Source: Planctomycetota bacterium (lineage in GTDB: Bacteria > Planctomycetota > UBA11346). From it: a stretch of DNA of 64,000 bases. The notes under the pieces were generated by a model that made no database searches, had not been told where the DNA came from, and saw nothing but the letters and a program-made list of their open reading frames with translations. Below are positions 55,847 to 64,000 of this stretch, piece after piece. The first letter of the stretch is position 1. Each line of letters starts with the position of its first letter. Location: the NCBI GenBank assembly GCA_043775355.1, contig JAYVSL010000034.1:2749-66748 (forward strand), in the 5' to 3' direction. The position numbers were made by a program, and so were the translations under genes.

Positions 55847-55887
55847 GCGGGATCAAATCGGCATCTATGTCGGCCTTCATGCCCGCC

Positions 55888-57285
55888 TTACGGATCTTTG
55901 GTGCGATTCAGACGGCCGGTCGCGTGATCCAATTCAATGCCTGCTAGGCGATATTCACCGGCGGCATCCAGCCATGCGTGGGTCAGGTATTCACCACGTT
56001 CCACCAGCGGCAAGTAATCGGACAAACTCAATTCCCCGGCCGTCCGACGCGCGGCACCTTCTGCCAGCGCTGCGTTAGTCGCGGCACGGATATTTTCTAA
56101 TGCGGCCAAATCCGTCCAAGCCCTTGCGACGTGAGCGTTGGCGGCATGCGCTTCAGCGCGCAAAGCATGAAGCTTTTCAACATAGATCGACCGAGCACGA
56201 GTGCGATTCACGTGCGCGTCTTCCGCTTTTTCAGCGGCATTATCGGGCCATGGAATACGCACTGAGGCGCCAAACTTTAACGATGTGCCTTCGTCCCGAT
56301 CAAACGTCACCGCCGGCGCCAAGCGCAATTTGGGTAATTGGCCCATGACTGCCTGACTGTAGGTAAACTCTGCCCGCTTATACGACGCCTCCAGCGCCTT
56401 GAGTTCCCAGCGCCCAGACAACAGCTGGCGATCCAAATCTTCATTGGTGATCACATCTACGTGCGAACCAACCAACGAACGGCCTTGATCACTGAACTTC
56501 ACGTCGACCTGCGGATCGAAACCGACCAAGCGATTGAGGTCCCGCCGTGCATCGGCCAGTCCGCCAGCCGCATGCCGTTCATCGGCAAGTGCGCGCTGCC
56601 ATGCCAATGAGGCAAGTGCCCGATCCAGCGGCGACGAACGTTGGTTGGCTTCTATGTGGTCCAACACCTGACGACGATGATCCACGCGACCACGCGACCA
56701 CGCGACCTGCTCCAGCGCGACCAACGCCGCGACGTGGGCTCGCCGCACGGCGACCACCACCTGCGCTTCTGCCGCCATCATTTCTGCGCGCGACTGCTCT
56801 CGCCGAGCCGCATCATCGTCACGCCACGCCTGACGCAGAGATGGAATTATCAACGTATAAAGCATATCGCTATCAGTCGCTACACCGACGGTCGCGCGAT
56901 CAATGTTGACCTGTAATTCAGGCTTGAATCGCACCATGCCTAAAAGATCCAAACCATTAATACGCGAGATTTCATAGCGCTTTTCACGCAGTGCAGGATT
57001 AAACGACAACGCTGCCATCACCAGCTCGGCCTCATTCAAACCATCTTCGGGATGATACCCAGCGAGTTGTCCACCAGCAGCGTTGATCGTGCTCGGCATC
57101 GACAATTCAGCAGTACGTTCTTTCAGCGTCTGCAACTCCACCGCAGGATGCAGTGGTTCAGGCCGATAGCTGGCGCAGCCTGCGAGCGTCAGCATCGCAG
57201 CAAAAAATCCGGAAGTTTTCAGCCCCTGTAACATGGCCCATCGCTCCATGGTCAGCCGTGGTGGAACGAGCCACCAGCCAACCAA
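55888..57285 (-). CDS. Outer-membrane efflux protein (TolC/NodT-family OMF lipoprotein). Start may be at 57234.
   Basis: Lipobox LTLAGCAS. Two repeated OEP halves. Confidence 0.6.
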   Translation of the reverse strand: MVGWWLVPPRLTMERWAMLQGLKTSGFFAAMLTLAGCASYRPEPLHPAVELQTLKERTAELSMPSTINAAGGQLAGYHPEDGLNEAELVMAALSFNPALREKRYEISRINGLDLLGMVRFKPELQVNIDRATVGVATDSDMLYTLIIPSLRQAWRDDDAARREQSRAEMMAAEAQVVVAVRRAHVAALVALEQVAWSRGRVDHRRQVLDHIEANQRSSPLDRALASLAWQRALADERHAAGGLADARRDLNRLVGFDPQVDVKFSDQGRSLVGSHVDVITNEDLDRQLLSGRWELKALEASYKRAEFTYSQAVMGQLPKLRLAPAVTFDRDEGTSLKFGASVRIPWPDNAAEKAEDAHVNRTRARSIYVEKLHALRAEAHAANAHVARAWTDLAALENIRAATNAALAEGAARRTAGELSLSDYLPLVERGEYLTHAWLDAAGEYRLAGIELDHATGRLNRTKDP

Positions 57286-57641
57286 TTACCAGCGCGTGTG
57301 CCCCGATGGCGGGGAAATGGCTCAACAGAAACAGTCGAGAATCCATTCAGCGCAGTTCCTTGATGACAAGGTGTGCGAGCCGGATTCTTCTGCTGAAATG
57401 ATACCTCGCGGAACCAAATTTCGGCTAGCATAATCGCAAGCATTGGACGGCGTTTACCGTACAAATACGCGCGCATCGCACGGTCTGGTAAGCGCTGCCA
57501 TTCATCCTTGCGAAACCACGCCCAAAGCCTTGACAACACCTCCATTCCAACCTCTACCCCCCCTCATTTCGGCTTGCCCAGCCTGACAAATTTCTGGTAC
57601 TGGACGGCGGGCAAGTGATTGCAACACTCCGCGCCTCACAA

Positions 57642-57719
57642 CGGACCGTAGCTCAGCTTGGCTAGAGCGCTGCGTTTGGGACGCAGAAGTCGCAGGTTCA
57701 AATCCTGTCGGTCCGACCA
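57642..57719 (+). tRNA. tRNA-Pro (anticodon TGG) with encoded CCA.
   Basis: CGGACCGTAGCTCAGCTTGGCTAGAGCGCTGCGTTTGGGACGCAGAAGTCGCAGGTTCAAATCCTGTCGGTCCGACCA. Cloverleaf with a TTTGGGA anticodon loop. Confidence 0.8.
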
Positions 57720-57936
57720 CAGTGAAATGACGGCCCTTCGGCAGCAATGTCGAAGGGCTTTTTTTGTTTGCGCACGTCGCGACGCAGCCTTTTTACACTC
57801 TACCGACATGCCTTATTCGCGAGGTATGGTGGGACACGGAATGTCCCTGCACGTCGTTCGTCTGTCATCAGCGTCAGGGCCGATGCGCGGCTTGGTCGTT
57901 CATTGCTCGCGGATCAGCATTCCCATAAGGGCGCGT

Positions 57937-60426
57937 ATGACCAATCCAGCCATTCACGTCACCTATCATCAGGGTCTTAAGTCGCTGGAAAAATTGCTCG
58001 CGAAGGTGCAGCGGCCAGGAGATTTTTTCGTGCATGGAACCGTGGAAGTACCCATGCCGAAGGTCGAGGTGGACGGCGTTGGGAGGCTATCTTTTCCCGT
58101 GCTGCAAGCGCAGATTCGAGAGCTGATTCAGCAGGCCGAACTCGCGCCGTATGGCCTGGGCGAGCAAACGTTGGTCGACACGTCGGTGCGTAAAGTGTGG
58201 CAATTATCGCCGAAGCAGGTGCAGCTTGGCGGCAAGTCGTGGGCGATGACGTTGCAGGATATTGTCGCTCAGGTCGCCGTGGGTTTAGGCTGCGAAACCA
58301 CGGCGGTGTCGGCGGAATTGTACAAGATGCTGATCTATGATCAGGGCGCGTTCTTCGCCGCGCATCGCGACACGGAAAAGTCTGACGGCATGTTCGGTAC
58401 GTTAGTCGTCGTGCTGCCCTCGGTGCATAGTGGTGGCGAATTGGTCATCCATCACGCTGGACAAGAAGTGACGGTGGACGTCAGCGCGACTGACATGTCC
58501 GAGTTGGCTTTTATCGCATTTTATGCGGACTGTCAGCATGAGGTGCGTCCTATCGTCAAGGGAAACCGGGTTTGCCTGGTCTACAATTTGGTCCAGGCTC
58601 GCAGGCCAAAGGCTGGTCACTCAACCATGAGCGCGCCGCTCTACAACGCGGAAGTGGCGGCGACGGCGAAGCGCCTTACCGAAGCGATGGCAGCACCTCA
58701 GGCACCAGCGAAAATTGTTTGGCTGTTGGAACATCAGTACAGTCCGGATGGCCTGTCATTTTCCGGATTAAAAAATGCCGACGCGGCACGCGCCAAAGTG
58801 CTTTTGCAAGCAGCGGCGCAGGCACGTTGGGTCATGCATCTCGGAATCGTTCACATCGAAGAATCCGGCTCAGCGGAATCATATTACAACGACTACCGTT
58901 CCAGAGGTCGTTCACGCAGCTGGGGCGATGACGATGACGACGACGATGACGAGAGCGAAGAAAACGTCAGCAACGACGATATCGAGATCGTCGACGTTCA
59001 TGATTCCTCGTGTTATGTGGATCATTGGGTGGACGCACACGATCACCGCGTAGAATTCGGTCGGATTCCTCTTGGTGAGGGTGAATTATTGCCGCAAGGC
59101 GCGCTCGACAACGAAGCGCCGGACAAACAGCGGCTTACCGAGGCGACCGGCAACGAAGGCGCGAGTTTCGAACGATCGTATCATCGAGCGGCCTTAATTT
59201 TTTGGCCGCAAGAACGTTTTGCGGAAGTGCTGTTCCAAGCCAGCGTGGGCGCGGTCATGCCTTATTTGCAGGACCAAATTAAAGCGTGTAGCGCGTCCTC
59301 CGCACTTCCCACAGCGCGTACGCAAGCCATCGCGCTTGCTACTCGCGTCCTTGATGCGTGGGAGAAACCGTCTGAACACCGGGCTTATAGGCAATCGCAT
59401 GCGATGCCGTGCCGAGCAACGATGCTTGACGCGCTCGGTCAGCTTGGCGATGCGGCCTTGCTGCAACGCTTCGTCGGCGGCTTGGTGACCCGCGAATACG
59501 ATGGAACTGAAAACGTGGCATTAACTGCCCATGCGCAGTTGCTAACTCCGCAAACGGCGGGCAGACTATTCGCCGCGTTATTGAGTAAAAAAATGACTCG
59601 CGTATCTGGATCCTGCGTAGACCTCTTGCGACGTTTGTTGCGCGATCATCGCAATAAACCAACCGAAGATTGGGCTGCCGCTTTTCACGACATGGCAGCG
59701 GCGATAGTCGATGGTCTGCTCAACGTAGAAGGCGATGACGAACAAAAATCGATTTACTCTCATTGGCAACCACCGACCCAGGCAAAGCCAGTCAACGCCA
59801 CGCTGGTGGCCGACTTGCTCAACGCGCTCCGCACTCTTGAAATCGGTGCGTTGCGCAAAACAGCGGTGACCAACATCGTGGCTCGTCCCACCGTGTTTGA
59901 TCCGGGCAAGGTCATCGTTCCTGCGCTCACACTTCTGCACCCACGCCAGGCGCAAGATCCCTCGAACGACAACGCCTTTCTGCGGCTCTGGATGCACGCC
60001 GGACAATTCATCCTTGAGCGCAGCGAGCATCCGCCAGCGGCGCCCACGGATTGGCAACAAAACGTGAAGCCCGCGTGTGCGTGCGAAGACTGCAACGCGT
60101 TGGACACCTTCGCTGGCGATGCCAAGTCTCAGGTCGGCCGTTTCCGCATGCGCCAAGATCGCCGCCAGCATCTTCAGGATGTCATCAATCAGCGTGACCT
60201 CGACATGACCTATGTGACCGACACAAACGGTTCCCCGCAAACGCTGGTTTGCACCAAGACTCGCCGCACGTACCAGCGTCAATGCAAACAATACCAGGCT
60301 GACGTCCACTCATTTGGCAAATTGATAGAAGCACTTCCGCGTTCGCCAGATGCAAGTGCGGCCCTGGTGTCAAAAATGACCAAAGCACAAAGCCGCGCCG
60401 AGCATTGGTCCGCGAGCAAAACATAA
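57937..60426 (+). CDS. Large multidomain protein. N-terminal P4H/Ofd1-like 2OG-Fe(II) oxygenase, poly-Asp linker, then a ~500-aa helical C-terminal region with Cys motifs.
   Basis: AAHRDTEKSDGMFGTLVVVLPSVHSGGELVIHH...CQHEVRPIVKGNRV carries the HxD...H...R facial triad and 2OG-binding Arg. DDDDDDDDESEE linker. Start taken at the ATG at 57937, preceded by AAGGG. Confidence 0.5.
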   Translation: MTNPAIHVTYHQGLKSLEKLLAKVQRPGDFFVHGTVEVPMPKVEVDGVGRLSFPVLQAQIRELIQQAELAPYGLGEQTLVDTSVRKVWQLSPKQVQLGGKSWAMTLQDIVAQVAVGLGCETTAVSAELYKMLIYDQGAFFAAHRDTEKSDGMFGTLVVVLPSVHSGGELVIHHAGQEVTVDVSATDMSELAFIAFYADCQHEVRPIVKGNRVCLVYNLVQARRPKAGHSTMSAPLYNAEVAATAKRLTEAMAAPQAPAKIVWLLEHQYSPDGLSFSGLKNADAARAKVLLQAAAQARWVMHLGIVHIEESGSAESYYNDYRSRGRSRSWGDDDDDDDDESEENVSNDDIEIVDVHDSSCYVDHWVDAHDHRVEFGRIPLGEGELLPQGALDNEAPDKQRLTEATGNEGASFERSYHRAALIFWPQERFAEVLFQASVGAVMPYLQDQIKACSASSALPTARTQAIALATRVLDAWEKPSEHRAYRQSHAMPCRATMLDALGQLGDAALLQRFVGGLVTREYDGTENVALTAHAQLLTPQTAGRLFAALLSKKMTRVSGSCVDLLRRLLRDHRNKPTEDWAAAFHDMAAAIVDGLLNVEGDDEQKSIYSHWQPPTQAKPVNATLVADLLNALRTLEIGALRKTAVTNIVARPTVFDPGKVIVPALTLLHPRQAQDPSNDNAFLRLWMHAGQFILERSEHPPAAPTDWQQNVKPACACEDCNALDTFAGDAKSQVGRFRMRQDRRQHLQDVINQRDLDMTYVTDTNGSPQTLVCTKTRRTYQRQCKQYQADVHSFGKLIEALPRSPDASAALVSKMTKAQSRAEHWSASKT

Positions 60427-60766
60427 CCACCGTTGATGACATCTTTCTGTAAAACCGAAAACTGAAAAAGCCGTAGAAATCCCAACTTCCTCAGTGAAAC
60501 GACGGCATTTTGACCAAGGACTCTTTTGTTGCCGTTTAAGCGGTCTTCTGGGTGGTTTCGCTGCGGTGGCGAACAGAGAGTTGAATCGGATGAGGAGTTT
60601 ACGAGGACAGACCCCTGCCCGCCCCTGCCCGCCCCTGCCCGCCGCCGCAGGTGCCATGGTTGCGCCTGCGGTGTCCTGGTCCTACGTTTCGCACCCCTGG
60701 ATTTACGTTCTGACCTTTGCCTACGGCGGTGAGAACGTTGACCTTCACATTTCATTCGGAGTTTAC

Positions 60767-62359
60767 ATGGATCTGCACGGCAAAAATATGATCGCTGGAC
60801 GCGCGGAAGCGACCTCAGCCAAAACATTCACCGCGATTGATCCGGCGACGGCGACGGCGCTGACGCCGACCTTTCATGAGGCCTCGCTCGGCGATGCCAA
60901 TCGTGCCGCCGCCGCTGCGTCAGAAGCATTCGTCACCTATCGCCGGACCACCGGTGAACAGCGTGCTACTTTTTTAGAGGCGATCGCCAGCGAAATCGAC
61001 GCGCTTGGCGAAGCGCTGATCAAACGTGCGCAAAGCGAAACCGGTCTGCCTGAAGCTCGTCTGGTCGGCGAACGTGGTCGCACCACTGGCCAATTGCGCG
61101 CTTTCGCCACTTTGGTTCGCGAAGGTTCGTGGGTCGATGCGCGCATCGACCGCGCCCAACCTGAACGCAAGCCGCTGCCGCGCGCTGATATTCGCCGCAT
61201 GTTAATGCCCATCGGCCCAGTGTTGGTTTATGGCGCATCGAACTTTCCGTTGGCGTTTTCTGCGGCTGGGGGCGATACCGCTTCGGCTTTGGCAGGCGGC
61301 AACACGGTGGTGTTGAAAGCGCACCCGGCACATCCTGGGACTTCTGAAATGGTGATGCACGCAGTGTCCAAAGCGATCGCCACCTGTGGTCTGCCAGCGG
61401 GCACCATCAACCTGATTCACGCGGTGGATACCGCCGTCAGCATGGCGCTGGTGCAGCATCCGTTGATTACCGCGGTCGGCTTTACCGGCTCACTCGGAGC
61501 TGGTCGCGCGATTTATAATGCTGCGGCCGCACGTCCGGTGCCGATTCCTGTTTTCAGCGAAATGGGCAGCATTAATCCGGTCTTTATTCTTCCTGGTGCG
61601 CTCGCCGAACGCGGCAAAGCCATCGCTGAAGGTTTCGTTGGTTCATTGACCATGGGCGTCGGCCAATTCTGCACCAACCCTGGTGCCGTGGTGGCAATGA
61701 AATCAGCGCAGCTTGATACTTTTCTTGCCGATGCTGGCGCGCTGGTCACTGCCGCTGCGCCTGGAACCATGCTCTATGACGGCATCCGCACGCGTTACGA
61801 AGCTGGTGTCAATGCGCTGGGTAAACGCACGGGCGTCACCATCGCCGCACAAGCGACGCAGGCCGCAGATCCCAAACGCACGCAAGCTGGCGCGCGTTTA
61901 TTCCGCGTCAGCGCGGCGGTGTTCTTGGCTGATGCGCATTTGCGTGAAGAAGTATTCGGACCGTCATCCATTCTGGTGGAATGCGCTTCGCTGGCGGAAA
62001 TGGAAGCCGTCGCCCGCGTCTTGCCCGGCCAACTGACTGGCACCATTCACGCCGCTGCGTCCGACCTCGCCACCGCTGGCCCACTGGCTGATGCGCTGAC
62101 GCAACGCGTTGGTCGCTTGCTCTGGAATGGCTTTCCGACCGGCGTCGAAGTCTGTTCGGCAATGGTGCACGGCGGACCGTATCCTGCGACCACGGATTCG
62201 CGCAGCACGTCAGTTGGTACGACCGCGATCGAACGCTTTGTTCGCCCCGTGTGTTTCCAGAACGCGCCGCAAGAATTGCTCCCGGCTGAATTACAAAACA
62301 CCAATCCACGCGGGATCTGGCGGAGCATCGATAATGAGTTTAGCAAAAATCCAGTATAA
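60767..62359 (+). CDS. NAD(P)-dependent aldehyde dehydrogenase (2,5-dioxovalerate/alpha-ketoglutarate-semialdehyde dehydrogenase-like).
   Basis: ...FTGSLGAGRAI... and ...EMGSINPVFILPGA... carrying the catalytic Cys/Glu region of the ALDH superfamily. Start at MDLHGKNMIAGR with GGAG upstream. Confidence 0.6.
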   Translation: MDLHGKNMIAGRAEATSAKTFTAIDPATATALTPTFHEASLGDANRAAAAASEAFVTYRRTTGEQRATFLEAIASEIDALGEALIKRAQSETGLPEARLVGERGRTTGQLRAFATLVREGSWVDARIDRAQPERKPLPRADIRRMLMPIGPVLVYGASNFPLAFSAAGGDTASALAGGNTVVLKAHPAHPGTSEMVMHAVSKAIATCGLPAGTINLIHAVDTAVSMALVQHPLITAVGFTGSLGAGRAIYNAAAARPVPIPVFSEMGSINPVFILPGALAERGKAIAEGFVGSLTMGVGQFCTNPGAVVAMKSAQLDTFLADAGALVTAAAPGTMLYDGIRTRYEAGVNALGKRTGVTIAAQATQAADPKRTQAGARLFRVSAAVFLADAHLREEVFGPSSILVECASLAEMEAVARVLPGQLTGTIHAAASDLATAGPLADALTQRVGRLLWNGFPTGVEVCSAMVHGGPYPATTDSRSTSVGTTAIERFVRPVCFQNAPQELLPAELQNTNPRGIWRSIDNEFSKNPV

Positions 62360-62471
62360 GATTCCTGACCTGGGAATATGAATCGAGCTTCGAGCGGTTC
62401 TCATTCCCAGGTGGTCATCCCTGCTCAACAAGACGCAGGAACACCGCAGTGCCGCCTGAACATTTCGCCTG

Positions 62472-63479
62472 TTATCCCAGCCAACGATCACAAAACGTCC
62501 GCGCCGCTGCGGCGTCAGCGACACCTTGGACGATGACTCGGCCATCCTTGAAACAGGTGGCGGTCAACGGGCCATCTTGCCAGCGCACCAAGTAATCATT
62601 GGCTAAGCGCAAACATGGCCCCACGGTTTTCGTCAATGCATTCAGGTCCACTCCGCTGCGCCTAATCTGCACGGCGTCACGTCCGCATAGCACCACCACG
62701 GCCTCATCGCCTGCGGTGAGCATGGGAAAGCTCGGTGTATTTCCGCACACCACGCAGCCGGGCTGACGCCAGTTTTCCATGCACAGGCGCTGAAATGTTC
62801 CGCGCCATACATCGCTCGCCCACATTTCGCGCCGTACTGATGCGCGATCACCAACCAGGATTTTGAGCGCCTCCGCAACTTGCCAGCTGGCGACGAGGTG
62901 CACTGCTGGTGAAATAATACCGGCGGTGTCGCAGGTCGGACTTTCACCGGCGTTTGGTAGCTCGTCTTGCAAGCAGCGCAGGCATGGCGTTTCACCCGGG
63001 ATAATCGCAACTGACAAACCATAGGAACCAACGCAGGCGCCATAAATCCATGGCGTGCGCAGTTGGCAACACGCTTCGTTGACCAAATGTCGCGTTGGAA
63101 AATTATCACAGCCATCAAGCACCAGATCGACACCCGTCAGTAAATTCACCGCGTTCGCAGCGCGTAAATCTTCAACCATGGGTTCAATGGTGCAGGAACT
63201 ATTTACCACCCGCAGACGCGCGGCGGCAGCGACGGCTTTGGGCAAAGACTGCCGAGCATCTTCTTCGCTATAGAGCGACTGACGTTGCAGATTGCTCCAC
63301 TCCACAAAGTCACGATCAATCAGGCGTAAATAGCCAACACCTGCGCGGCAGAGTTGTTCCGCTATCGCCGTGCCCAGAGCGCCGCAGCCAATGATCGCCA
63401 CGCGCGACGCTGCGAGCTTGGCTTGCCCAGCAAATCCAATGGGCGCGAAACGTTCTTGACGACTATAGCGATCAGACAT
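62472..63479 (-). CDS. ThiF/MoeB/HesA-family E1-like adenylyltransferase with a C-terminal extension.
   Basis: RVAIIGCGALGTAIAEQLCRAGVG Rossmann motif. CxxC...CxxC zinc site. Extra ~80 aa at the C-terminus. Confidence 0.6.
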   Translation of the reverse strand: MSDRYSRQERFAPIGFAGQAKLAASRVAIIGCGALGTAIAEQLCRAGVGYLRLIDRDFVEWSNLQRQSLYSEEDARQSLPKAVAAAARLRVVNSSCTIEPMVEDLRAANAVNLLTGVDLVLDGCDNFPTRHLVNEACCQLRTPWIYGACVGSYGLSVAIIPGETPCLRCLQDELPNAGESPTCDTAGIISPAVHLVASWQVAEALKILVGDRASVRREMWASDVWRGTFQRLCMENWRQPGCVVCGNTPSFPMLTAGDEAVVVLCGRDAVQIRRSGVDLNALTKTVGPCLRLANDYLVRWQDGPLTATCFKDGRVIVQGVADAAAARTFCDRWLG

Positions 63480-64000
63480 CAGGTCGGCACCTGAATGGAG
63501 CTTTTGAGGTGCAGCGTGCGGGTGGGATAGGGAATCTCGATGCTTTCAGCGGCAAAACGCGCGTGCAGGCGTTTGATCAGTTCATGTCGCAGTAAGTATT
63601 GCTGTTCGAAACTGGTCGCGCGGAGTACCAAGTTGAAATTCACACTCGATTCGCCAAACGCGGTAAAACGAACCACTGGCTGAAAATCTCGCACGGCGCC
63701 GATCACGGTGGTTTGAATGTCCTGAGCGACCTCAATGCTGATGCGCTCAATACAATCAAGGTCACTGCGATAGGCCACCGCGATCGGCACCGAAACGAGA
63801 ATTTCTGACTGCGGTAACGAATAATTCGTCACGATCGCCGAACTCAATTTCGCATTTGGCACAATCACCAGATTTCCCGCCAACGTGCAAACGGTAGTAT
63901 AACGCCAGGTCAGATCGGTGATGACGCCTTCGTCGGTGTTGTCGAGGCGCACATAGTCGCCAATATTTATTTTTTTCGATGCGACCAATTGCAGTCCAGC
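63479..64000 (-). CDS. Mechanosensitive ion channel (MscS family), C-terminal part. The gene continues beyond the window end.
   Basis: KINIGDYVRL...GVITDLTWRYTTV...NLVIVPNAKL MscS beta domain. Confidence 0.6.
   Translation of the reverse strand, partial: AGLQLVASKKINIGDYVRLDNTDEGVITDLTWRYTTVCTLAGNLVIVPNAKLSSAIVTNYSLPQSEILVSVPIAVAYRSDLDCIERISIEVAQDIQTTVIGAVRDFQPVVRFTAFGESSVNFNLVLRATSFEQQYLLRHELIKRLHARFAAESIEIPYPTRTLHLKSSIQVPT

Noticed and set aside
57252-57545. 97-aa minus-strand ORF upstream of the outer-membrane factor gene.
   Set aside because: The N-terminal 60 aa look protein-like, but the C-terminus is low-complexity. No ribosome binding site and no family motif. It may be a leader region, so it is left uncalled.
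59578-60309. 243-aa minus-strand ORF.
   Set aside because: Antisense within the large 2OG-oxygenase gene. No ribosome binding site and no recognisable motif.
1-64000. CRISPR arrays and rRNA genes.
   Set aside because: The only tandem repeats found are short: a hexamer x5, a heptamer x4 and a decamer x3. None has repeat-spacer periodicity. No rRNA-like conserved stretches were seen.

Overview
High-GC (~60-65%) bacterial chromosome segment in two halves. Positions 1..~28712 are the right-hand portion of an HK97-like siphovirus-type prophage. Late genes run leftwards on the minus strand: terminase small and large subunits, portal, S49 prohead protease, HK97-fold capsid with scaffold delta domain, head-tail connectors, major tail, tail assembly chaperone G with its -1 frameshifted G-T extension, and the start of the tape measure. 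Upstream of them, also on the minus strand, sits an early and recombination region: Cro-like regulator, a zinc-ribbon/TM/SLT transglycosylase, a ssDNA-annealing-like protein, a Cas4-like DUF2800 nuclease, DUF1376, ASCH and an HNH endonuclease. It includes a compositionally foreign, AT-rich accessory cluster with a Lar-like anti-restriction gene. The plus-strand lysogeny module (cI-like XRE repressor, lipoprotein moron, small HTH, large serine recombinase) ends inside the 3' half of a tRNA-Arg(CCT), which marks attR. Host genes follow: ferredoxin, Rrf2 regulator, GTP-PEP carboxykinase, a HepT/MntA toxin-antitoxin pair, and a cbb3 cytochrome oxidase cluster (CcoI Cu-ATPase, TauE-like, ccoS, fused ccoNO, ccoQ, mono-heme ccoP, fixH, a second Rrf2, a radical SAM/SPASM protein). 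Then come an AlkD-like repair protein, a secreted low-GC protein, a PolB-like 3'-5' exonuclease, NUDIX, HtpG, a PepSY plus two-component system, TatD, PanB, a TolC-like outer-membrane factor lipoprotein, tRNA-Pro(TGG), a large Ofd1/P4H-like 2OG-Fe(II) oxygenase multidomain protein, an aldehyde dehydrogenase, a ThiF/MoeB-like E1 and a partial MscS channel. Two noncoding structures are not explained by genes: a ~200-bp array of nested hairpins at 45061..45265, and a ~190-bp long palindrome at 48570..48757. No CRISPR array or rRNA is present. Every functional call rests on motif recognition by eye and gene order, not on database searches.
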